Assembly (NCBI RefSeq): GCF_006345805.1
Contig: NC_043016.1
Coordinates: 23,312,001 to 23,376,000 of the forward strand
Direction of reading: 5' to 3'
From: Octopus sinensis
Lineage: Eukaryota
DNA: 64,000 bases
Each line of letters opens with the position of its first letter. Within the stretch, counting starts at the first letter, position 1. A program made the position numbers and the translations under genes. Shown here one piece after another: positions 38,411-49,558 of the stretch. The notes below the pieces were generated by a model that worked only from the letters and a program-made list of their open reading frames with translations, was not told where the DNA came from and did not search any database.

Positions 38411-41069
38411 CATGCAAGTAGTCAGCAGAACAATGAGGCACAACCCACAGATCCATGTTCCCTGTCATATTATGATTCTTCCACATTGCTGTAGTCCATA
38501 CTCAAACATGCAATGATGAATTGTATTGGATGCAACATGACTGTCTGGACATGTAGTCTCTCCATTATTTAGTCTATTTCTCTATTGTCATAGATTCTTG
38601 TAGTGAACACAGCAGCAGTGAACAAGGTAGACTTGGTCAGATTTTGACAGTTACTGTTCTTCTGTATTTAATATTGGTAGAGTACAACTCAGTTCAGCGT
38701 TTGGGATTAGTGAGGCTATTGATGTTGCAGTTATCTCCCTATGTGTATGTATTTCTTCTCTGTTCATCATCATCATCATCGTTTAGCGTCCGTTTTCCAT
38801 GCTAGCATGGGTTGGACGGTTCTACTGGGGTCTGTGAAGCCAGAAGGCTTCATCAGGCCCAGTCAAATCTGGCAGTGTTTCTATGGCTGGATGCCCTTCC
38901 TAACGCCAACCACTCCGTGAGTGTAGTGGGTGCTTTTTACGTGCCACCCGCACAGTATTGCCACCCCTTCTGCTGAAAAGCTCCTGGCTTTAAGGGCATT
39001 ACAAAAAGTTTGGTTGGAAGCCCAGCCTTCTGAGTTCTTTACCAGGGTCTAGAAAAACTGAAGGATTGCTGAAATAAGTGTGGGGATCTGAGAGGGAAAT
39101 ATGTTGAAGAACATCATAATTAACTGATCCTCCTGTATTTTATTTTACCCTAAGTAAGAAACTTTTCAGCATCCTTCGTACTGTGTATTCTTCTGAGTGG
39201 GTAAGATAGCGTTATGAAATGTTCTTATGTTAGTGCAACATGGTGTTGTATATCTGTGTCAATAGTGGTTTATCATGTGGGGGGACAGACTGTGGCATGT
39301 GTAGTAGCCTACTGCATCAAGAAACTGTGACTCTCATACACCAAGGTGGTCTTTCATGTTTCAGCATTGATGTTTTATTGTGTAGGCGTTTTGTGAGTGT
39401 GGTATGTGTACCGACTATTGTAGTGCGTATATATTTTTATATTCTTTGTAGTTTTATTCAGATTTATCTTGGTTTATTGTTGCTATAAGTTAAAAATATC
39501 AAGGCAGCTTGTTACCCTACAGTGCCACTTTTCTTTGAGATATTTATAAAAGACACCAAGAAATTATTTAAGGAGCAATAAACACAAAGGAAAAAGAAAT
39601 AAACGGGACACTTAATTGTATACTTTATTGTGCTGGTGTTTCTATAAATAGTTACTAAGATCTATTAAAATTTAAAACTACTTTTACTTGAAGACTGTCC
39701 TCGATTATTTCCCTTGGAACACAAGTGAAGGATGTGATGTGCTTTTTTACATTTTTTGGTGTTTATTCTTTTCTTTTATTCTTTTCTTTTACTTGTTTCA
39801 GTCATTTGACTGCGGCCATGCTAGAGCACCGCCTTTAGTCGAGCAAATCGACCCCGGGACTTATTCTTTTGTAAGCCCAGTACTTATTCTATCGGTCTCT
39901 TTTGCCGAACCGCTAAGTGACGGGGACGTAAACACACCAGCATCGGTTGTCAAGCAATGCTAGGGGGACAAACACAGACACACAAACACACACATAATAT
40001 ATATTATATATAATACATATACGATAGGCTTCTTTCAGTTTCCGTCTACCAAATCCACTCACAAGGCATTGGTCGGCCCAGTGCTATAGCAGAAGACACT
40101 TGCCCAAGATGCCTCGCAGTGGGACTGAACCCGCAACCAGTGGTTGGTTAGCAAGCTACTTACCACACAGCCACTCCTGCGCCTATAGTTCTTTTTTAAT
40201 TTTCATTTTGTAGGAGTTAAGGATTTTGTGACCACTGTCAGATCTAACTGGCAATTTTATTTTAAATGATGATGATTTTTCTCTGGTAGACTGCTAGGAA
40301 ATTCAGGAAAGAGGCAAAGAGAATTTTACTGTAATGGGTATGACTGTTGTTGAGAAATTTGCTTCCCAGCCACTTGTTTCCAGGTTCAATCCATCCCATT
40401 GCGTGGCACCTTGGGCAAATGTCTTCTTCTATGGCCTTAGGCCAACCAAAGCCTTAGGCCAACCAAAGCCTATGAATTATTTGGTTGATGGAAACTGAAA
40501 GAAACCCTTTGTGTATGTATGTGTGTGTGTGTGTATGCATGTGTGTATGTGTGTGGGTGCTTGTGTCTACTTGTGTGTTTGTATGTGGGTGTGTGTGTTT
40601 GTGTGCATGTGTGTATGTGTGTGTGTGCGTGCATGCGTGTGTGTGCTTGTGTGTGCTTGTGTGTGCTTGTGTGTGTTTGTATGTGTGTGTGTGTGTGTGA
40701 GTTGGTGTCACTTTATTTTGATATTGTATGTCTTTTGAGGTGCCCTTTCTTTCCAGTCTTCTGTGAAATCATGTTGTCCAGCTATGGGAAAATATTACTT
40801 TACTGGCAAACAAGTGAAGGGCATTCAGCTGTGGAAAATCTGCCTCAACAAGACCTGTCAGACCTGTAAGAATATAGAAGGGTGAACATTAAAATGAGGA
40901 TGACAACGACAATGACCTTGATGATGATGATGTGCTTTCTTTGAGGGTACCACTGTGTGGCTGCTTGATTGCTAGAAGCAGCAGCTGAATTTCCATCCCA
41001 TTACACTCTGTTAGCATCAGAAAAAGAAAAAGAAAAAAAAATGATATTAGATAATGTTCAGTCTGTAGT

Positions 41070-41330
41070 TACAAAAGTCATTAAAAAAAAATGTCATGAT
41101 GGTGTTTCAGACTCCCTCTTCGACGGTTTCCATATTTCTGCTCATTGTGGAAAGCAGCTTTAATGATTCTAGTATCCTCCATATGACTCATTTTATCCCA
41201 TCCAGTGCAACTGTGATTTAATTTTGAAAGACTCAATACTAGGAATTTTTGCAAGTTACAGGACCTCTTTCTTGGAAATGTGGTGACACCAAGGTATGTT
41301 CATTAGGAATTGGACCTGGTGCAATTGACA
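41070..41330 (-). mobile_element. RTE LINE fragment
   Basis: SHMEDTRIIKAAFHNEQKYGNRRRG remnant. Confidence 0.6.
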
Positions 41331-43119
41331 GCCCATCAGCTTTTTATATATGCTGATGATACAGTGTATGGGTTTTAGCAGAATCCATCAGACAGTAGCG
41401 AGCTGGCAGAATCGTTAGCATGCCGGTCGAAATGCTTAGCAGTATTTCATCTGCCGCTACGTTCTGGGTTCAAATTCCGCTGAGGTCAACTTTGCCTTTC
41501 ATCCTTTCGGGGTCAATAAATTAAGTACCAGTTACGCACTGTGGTCAATGTAATCGACTTAATCTGTTTGTTTGTCCTTGTATGTCCCCTCTATGTTTAG
41601 CCCCTTGTGAGCAATAAAGAAATAAGAATCCATCAAACAGCTTTCAGTGAGTGATTGCTGTGAGATGTTATGCAGTGATTTACATTTATGTCAAGGGTCT
41701 TGTCATTAAATAATTTTTCAAGGTTGATTTTCTCTCATGATTGTGTCCCAATATTCTGGATTCAGATTGGTACAAGACTCAAGGAAAATACTGGCAAAAA
41801 TATTGCTTGAGAAATTGCAAACAATATCTGAATGAATTCTCTCCAAAAGCCAGTGTGGATTTTGTATACCTAAGAGCATCAAAGATATATTTTTACTTTA
41901 TGAACCCCAAAGTCTAAAGAACAACATGATCTTTTTTTTTCATTGTATTTACTCTTTTAGCAGTGTGGGAAGAGAGGACTTTTGGACCTTTCTCAAAAGA
42001 TATAGATAACTGGCCAAATTTGTAGGGAATGTCAAGCACTTTCCAGACAGTATGTCTGCTACAATCACTTTTAGAAGCAACAGCATGGTTTCCTTTTCAG
42101 TCACCCAAACAGAAAAATAAGGATGTGTGTGTACTCCAATGCTATTAGCATTATTTCTGGGTGCTGTGCTTGATAAAATGTCAAGTGAACCTCATAGATG
42201 ACAGCTATATCTGCACCAGGGTAGATAATAGATTGTTGGTACATTTCTTTTCACTGATGATTCACCTCAATTGACTCATTCTTTAGATGATACCTAGAAT
42301 ATTGAAAAGATGTCAAGCGGACTCATAGATAATGTCTATATCTGCACCAGAGTAGATAGTGGATCGTTGAACATATCCCAAATAAGATCCAACAGGAAGC
42401 ATATTTGTACACTTTTCATTGATGATTCAGGCCAATTGACTCATTCCCTAGAAGATATCTAGAAAATTAGATACGATTTTAAATGTGTGGTATTAGCATT
42501 TGCTCTATCAACACACACACACCTTCCCTTGAGTACTGCTTTATTGCAAATTTTCAACCAATCAAATCACTTTTGTACGTTATTTGCCTTACAAACACTT
42601 ACTCAATGTATATATATATATCAATACACTGGCCTTTACTGCCTCACATGCTGTACACATACTCATACATAGCAAGAGATGCATAATACATCTCATCATA
42701 CACTATGCTTGTCTCTCCACCACCCAACTCCATCCCCACCAACTTCTGCAGTCCAATGCAACTTTGCCATCTCTCTCTTCTGTCCATCTCCTGGCAACTG
42801 CATCATTGCTATCCGGCCACTTCATTCACAACTCTTTTACACCCTCATGAACTGTCTATTCACTCACCTTGTCCAGTCCTCTGTACTGCCCCACTTAAAT
42901 TCACCTCCTTGTACTTCCACCACCATCTCCTCGCTCTCTGACTGGGTTCACCATGTAACCCCTCTACAGCAAGACACCTGTTTCCGTCCCTCTTTCATAG
43001 TTTGATCTCTTATTGCCTGGCACAAAGCCACTTCACTCAATACCACTCCTACTATCATTTGAGATGTTTTTTAAATTATTTACATTTGATGGATATTTGT
43101 CCTCATCTTGTTTGTTGTT

Positions 43120-43165
43120 AACACAACATTTTGGCTGATATACCCTCCAGCCTTCGTCAGGTGTC
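43120..43165 (-). ncRNA. Degenerate minimal hammerhead
   Basis: GACAC CTGACGA A GGCTG...CAGCC AAAA TG T T GTGTT (G12 changed to A). Confidence 0.5.
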
Positions 43166-43234
43166 TTTATGAAATTTTGAACCTGGGTTCTCATTCCTAA
43201 GTTATTTTTTGATGTTATAATAATAATAATAATA

Positions 43235-43291
<57 letters not shown>

Positions 43292-43550
43292 CAACATCAA
43301 AAAAAAAAAGAAAGAGGGGGAAGGAGAGATTGAAAGATATATATATATTATATACTCTTTTACTTGTTTCAGTAATTTGACTGTGGCCATGATGGAATAC
43401 TGCCTTTAGTCAAGCAAATCGTTGTAAGCCTATTACTTATTCTATCAGTCTCTTTTGCCGAACCATTAAGTTATGGGGACGTAACACACCAGCATCGGTT
43501 GTCAAGCGATGTTGGGGGACAAACACAGACACAAACATATACACAACACT

Positions 43551-43604
<54 letters not shown>

Positions 43605-43778
43605 TACGACAGGCTTCCTTCAGTTTCTGTCTACCAAACCTACTCACAAGGCTTTGGTTGGCCCGAGGCTATAGTAGAAGACACTTGTCCAAGGTTCCAT
43701 GCAGTGGGACTGAACCCAGAACCATGTGGTTGGTAAGCAAGCTACTTACCACACAGCCACTCTTATGCCTATATATAT

Positions 43779-43817
<39 letters not shown>

Positions 43818-44429
43818 GTGTTGAATAGAATAAGATAGTTTCAGATATTAAGAATACTTTCAGTTGGAGCACTTAAATTTCCAAAATGTCCTGGAAGTAA
43901 AAGGGCAGATTAAATACCAAAATTTTGGCATCAGAATTCAGAAATGACAGTTTTCTAATCATGGATTGTAGTATTATGTTAAAAGCATTGAAAATATCAA
44001 CGAAAACTGATGTCATTGCTTTTGTTATTCAGTGTTATTTGATGCTATAAAGGTGGTAGACTGGCAGGATTGTTTGTGCATCTGACAAAAATCATCATGT
44101 AGTATTTAGTTATGAACCATTACTTTGTGAGTTCAAATTGTACCAAGGTCAGCTTTAAATTGTATTATTCTGAGTTCAATAAAATAAAGTACCAATCATA
44201 TACTGGGATGATATAATTGACTATTTCATCTACACCAAATCTCTGGTCTTGTACTGATATTAGAAATAAGTAATTATTATTAATTGGTATTAAAGTAATT
44301 GAATGGCATAAATTTTGAGGCAATAGGTTTTTCAGTGTTTAACTCTTTTGATACCAGATTGCCTGAAACTGTTCCCTAGTGCTTCCATTCATTTTCTCCA
44401 TCCACTGTTCTTGGGAGGGCTCTGTGTGT

Positions 44430-45010
44430 GTGTGTTGTGGGGAGGTAGAGCCCTCAGACATAGGGTCTATTAGAAGCAACCATCAATACACTTTCCTGGT
44501 GTATTTCCTAGCATGACTAACTGTGACTATAGATATTATTCAACCATCTCATTCTTAGTCCTATGTCTTCTCCCATGTCTTCTGCTGGTTATCTTGGCTT
44601 AAAGAATATGTCTTGTGATTCTTTCCTGCAACATTTTAAGCTCATGTCTGTCATACTGGAGCTTATGACCTCTCAATTCAGAGAAGTAGTGGCTTTATCT
44701 TGAGAAACTTCCTAATGTTCAAGCTATGCAACTTGTTGAGTAATGTAGCTCTAGAGACCCTTCAGTAGATACCCTTTCAGCCACTTGTATTTGGGATCGA
44801 ACTCTTTCGATCATTACCCAGCACACATAACCATTGGTGATGAAATCCAAATGGAAAATATCCAGTTTGACTTTTTTACCAAACTCTCCTCTTCTGAGCA
44901 TTGGATGCTGAAGCTGGCACATGACTGTGCCATCTCATGCAACTCTAGAATCCAAGACAGCCTTCTGCTTTTTATCACTTGTTCTATGATACAGATTTCT
45001 AATATCAAAT
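44430..45010 (-). mobile_element. RTE LINE 3' fragment
   Basis: WVMIERVRSQIQVAE...LHSLNIRKFLKIKPLLL.IERS...QERITRHIL remnant. Confidence 0.7.
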
Positions 45011-47115
45011 ATCTAACTTGTTAATTTATGTTCCAAACATTAGTTTGATGATTACAGTTATTTCACTAAATTCTTTAATATTTTCACAATTGCTTATGAA
45101 TTTATTAATATAAATGAAGACAGTATATTTCAACAGGAATTATGGTAACAAAATACTTAATTACTTTTTCTATATTTTCTCTTTAATCCTGCTGGCATCT
45201 AAATATTGTCTAATTATATTCTAAGTCATAACAAGCAATTACATACAACTTTTAATTGTTAGTTTCATTACCATATCATAATTTTGCACTTGCTAGTTTC
45301 TTTTTGCACCTATAGTAATAATGTTTAAAACATTTGATATTTTACATTATCTATTTAATATTATATAGTAGTGTTAATATTTCATTAACATTCACAATAT
45401 ACATAAGTATCATACGTTATTAAAATTTATAAATATTTTATATTATAGACATTGATATTCTTAATATTATAATGATATATAAAATATATAATGCTTTCAA
45501 CCTATCTGTACCTATGCAAGCATGGTTTGTGTGGCTAAGAAGTTTACTTCATAACCTTGTGACCTTGGGTTCAGTTCCACTGTGTGGCACCTTGGACAAG
45601 TGTCTTCTACTATAGCCCTGGTCTGACCAAAGCTTTGTGAGAAGAACTGATAGACAACAAAACTGAAAGAAGCCTGTTGTGTATATATATATATATATAT
45701 ATACCTATTTCTTTACTACCCACAAGGGGCTAAACACAAAGGAGACAAACAAGGACAGACAGACGGATTAAGTCGATTATATCGACCCCAGTGCGAAACT
45801 GGTACTTAATTTATCGACCCCGAAAGGATGAAAGGCAAAGTCGATCTTGGCGGTATTTGAACTCAGAACGCAGCGGCAGACGAAATACCGCTAAGCATTT
45901 CGCCCGGCGTGCTAACGATTCTGCCAGCTCGCCTACCTGCCTACCTGCTGCCTGTCTTTTCTCCATGTATGTATCTATATATGTATATATATGTAGATAT
46001 ATCTATATCTATATATATATATATATATGCATATATAGATATAGATATACATGTATGTGAATATATATATATATTAATAAATGTGTGTGTGTGTGAATGT
46101 AGGAGCATATTTGTGTCTCTTTACCTTGACATCTTGTGATTGTTGTAAATGATTGTCACTGTTATTCAAGCAGTGTCATTCACTTCCAGTAATCTTAGCC
46201 ATGGGAAAATATTACCTTGCTTGGAAACATGTGAACGTTGGTGACGCAAACGCCATCCAGTTGTAGAAAATATCTACCTCAATAAGCTCTGCCTGACTCA
46301 TGCAAGCATGGAGAAGTGAACATTAAAATGACAATGACGACAACGATGATACATTATATATAATATCATAAATATAACACTGATATTTTATTAATTATGT
46401 ATTAGAGTTACTACAGAACTGAATACAATTTAGATGTTGTTCAATTGTGTTACTATAATGTTGAGCGTAACACAGTAACAATGCATGGACTATAAGAAGA
46501 AATACAGTACCTATAATAATGTTTTTTTCTTGATGAACCATAATGGGTTTGTTTATCATATTTCTGTTGAAATTACTTTTGCTTTAGTTAATTTTGAAAT
46601 GTTGAAGTATTTAGTAAAATAACATCACTAATAACTAAGCTGGTGTTTGGTACATAAATCAACAAAGTTTTGATGGCAGGTCATCATTGTTGTTTAACAT
46701 CCGCCTTCCATGCTGGTATGGGTGGGGCATATTTATATAATATAGTCATGTTCATCTGTGTAACTATATTTGTATATACAAATATATATATATATATAGT
46801 ACTGTTTATACTTATATTTATATTAATGTGTGTGTGTGTGTGTGTAGTTCAACTATATATTGCATACTCAGGTGGTCGCACCAGTTTTTTCCTGCTTTAA
46901 CCTCCTACACTTTGGATTTACTTCTACCTGGAATTTCTGCACTTCTCCTCATCTACACACCAGCATTCCACCCGGATTACTACTGGATATACTCATGAAT
47001 TTCACTGGACTCTTCTGTTGATGAAAAATCGCTCCAATACACCAGGACATTTGAAACTTTTTAACTTTTTAGAACTTTCTGCCTTTTCTTATTCTCTGTT
47101 TATTTCCTTGTGTTC

Positions 47116-47151
47116 CTTTCTGTTGAAGAGCATAGACTCGAAATGTAAAAG
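47116..47151 (+). ncRNA. Degenerate minimal hammerhead (family of 3381)
   Basis: CTTT CTGTTGA A GAG...CTC GAAA TG T A AAAG (A6 changed to U). Confidence 0.5.
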
Positions 47152-47572
47152 ATTTTCTCACCTTCCTGAGCATTAATCTAATACACCTGTCTTTGTCTTT
47201 TGTTTTTCTGTAAATTTCAACTATATATATTTATACTCCTTTATTTGTTTCAGTCATTTGACTGTGGCCATACTGGAGTACTGCCTTTAGTTGAACAAAT
47301 TGACCCCAAGACTTATTCTCTGTAAGACTAGTACTTATTCTATCAATCTCTTTTTGCCGAACTGCTAAGTTATGTGGGACATAAACACAGATACACAAAT
47401 ACACAGACACACACACACATGTATATAATATATATATATATACAACAGGCTTCTTTCAGTTTCCGTCTGCCAAATCCACTCACAAGTCTTTGGTCGGTTT
47501 GAGGCTATTGTTGAAGAAACTTGCTCAAGGACTATACCTAGAACCATGTGGTTTGGAAGCAAATGTATGTTA

Positions 47573-47611
<39 letters not shown>

Positions 47612-47821
47612 ATATATATATATACATATACAAATATGTGTGTGTGTGTGTATGCATGTATGTATGTATATGGCTGTGTGGTAAGAAGCTTATGTCCCAA
47701 CCATATGGTTCTGAGTTCAGTCCCACTGCATGGCACCTTGGGCAAGTGTCTTCTTCTATAACCTTGGGCTGACTGAAGCCTTGTGAGTGGATTTGTTAGA
47801 CGGAAATGGAAAGAAGCCCAT

Positions 47822-47870
<49 letters not shown>

Positions 47871-48312
47871 CGTGTGTGTGTGTCTTTCTGTCTGTTTTTG
47901 TCCTCCCACCCATTACCGCTTGACAACTGGTGTTGGTGTGTTTATGCCCCCCCTCCCCCATAACTTATTGGTTTGGCAAAAGAGACTGATAGAAAAAAAA
48001 TGAATCCTGGAGTTGATTTGTTTGACTAAAATCCTTTAAGGTGGTGTTCCAGCATGGCATATTCAAATGACTGAAACAAGTAAAAGCATAAAACAATATA
48101 TCAAATTGGTACATCAAATATAGCATTAGTTGAGTACAGAATGTAATATAAAATTAAATAAACAACAAAGGAAGAGGAATTAGATAATCAACTTTATTAG
48201 CCTATGGCTGTTTCTGCTTCAAAACACAGTGCACTCAGAGCTGAATGCGGTGTATCTTGTAATAGCTGTAGGCTAATGAAGGTGATTATGTAATTCCTGT
48301 TTCCATGTCATT

Positions 48313-48352
<40 letters not shown>

Positions 48353-48513
48353 TGATTTTAACCCACGCTGGTGGAAAGGGGAGAGCAGAAATTCTTCGCT
48401 TGCATATTTGAGTTTGCTGGCACTGTTAGTTTCGAGCAGATCTTCAGAAGCGATAAGAAGCCGAAAGGGTATGCTCCCACTTTCAGTGTTTTCAAATCCA
48501 AACCAAGGAGTTC

Positions 48514-48565
48514 TGAGCTGATGATAGAAATGTCGAGTTGACTAATCTTGAAACGTACGTTCTCA
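48514..48565 (+). ncRNA. Type-I hammerhead ribozyme motif
   Basis: TGAG CTGATGA(48518-24) TAGAAATGTC-GAGTT-GACTAATCTT GAAA(48550-53) CGTACG T T CTCA: palindromic stem III ACGTACGT, perfect 4-bp stem I, partly mismatched stem II. Confidence 0.65.
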
Positions 48566-49283
48566 AATAACCTTTGCATTTGACTTTTTAATGTCTTTAC
48601 CCCCATACTTTCGTGAGTTGAATTGAGCAAACCTATATGAGAGAGGTTTTCTTTAAGTATTAGAAATAGTTTTAAAAAAGTTTTTTTTTAGCTACTATTT
48701 CTAATGAGTTCAGTATGCGGCAAAGTAATTTATTTTACTAAGCCCTTTTATATAATATATACATATATATAATATATATATATACATATATATATATGTA
48801 TATATATGAAGTCGCATGGCTCAGTGGTTAGAGCATTGAGCTTACGATCGTGAGGTTGTGAGTTTGATTCCTGGACTGGGTTGTGTGTTGTGTTCTTGAG
48901 CAAGACGCTTTATTTCACGTTGCTCCTGTTAACTCAGCTGTAGAAATGAGTTGTGACATCACTGATGCCAAGCAAATGGGAATAATCATTTAAAGATGTT
49001 TTTGTTACATGTTGCTATTGTTTTTGTTGAATAAAATTTGTTGAAAAAAGCCGCAATAATTATGCACCAACTCAATATATTTATATAATAAAAATACATG
49101 TAGAGAAAAATCACATTTTTAATTGTAGAAATTCACCTTACAAAGCCAACAATTGTTTCTATTGTGTTAACATATTCAGATATAGAAAGTATTTAAATTA
49201 TATGTGAGTGTTTGTGTGTGTGTGCATGTGTGTATATTTACTTGGTCTCTGTATTGATATTTGTTTATCTTTTTTATTTTCAG

Positions 49284-49410
49284 TAAACTTGGTCTCCATT
49301 TGCCATTTACTGTGAAGGAAGATGAAAGTCAAGCTCAATGGGATGGAGGAGAGAGTTGTCTTAGTGTGTCACTGAAAATGATCAGGGAATTTGACTTTGT
49401 GAACTTCTGA
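49284..49410 (+). CDS. DNAAF6: DNAAF6/PIH1D3 coding exon 6 (terminal)
   Basis: ttttatttcAG-type acceptor. The phase-2 join gives (Y)KLGLHLPFTVKEDESQAQWDGGESCLSVSLKMIREFDFVNF followed by TGA, matching the conserved C-terminus (KLxxxLP...A.W...L.V.L.M.RExD..NF). Confidence 0.95.
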
Positions 49411-49552
49411 TAAGATCTGTAAAAGAGTACACATGCAAGTCTTTACTAGGTGTATGCTTGTGGGTATTTGTGTGTGTATGATGTATGTGTGTGTGTGTGT
49501 GTGTATGTGTGTGTGTGCATGTGTGTGTAATTTTAATCCTTATCAATGATAT

Positions 49553-49558
49553 AATAAA
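49553..49558 (+). promoter_or_regulatory. Candidate polyadenylation signal of DNAAF6
   Basis: AATAAA about 140 nt after the stop codon, followed by T/GT-rich sequence. Confidence 0.5.

Noticed and set aside
41250-41303. Plus-strand 51-nt exon-like segment EFLQVTGPLSWKCGDTK with AG/GTATGT
   Set aside because: It lies antisense within an RTE remnant, and phase 0/0 does not fit the phase-2 intron of DNAAF6.
48358-48630. 90-aa minus-strand ORF with an LRR-like look
   Set aside because: No credible splice context; the plus strand holds a hammerhead typical of PLE-derived repeats.
12819-48965. tRNA-like A/B boxes
   Set aside because: These are SINE heads with no acceptor stem or full cloverleaf, so not called as tRNA genes.
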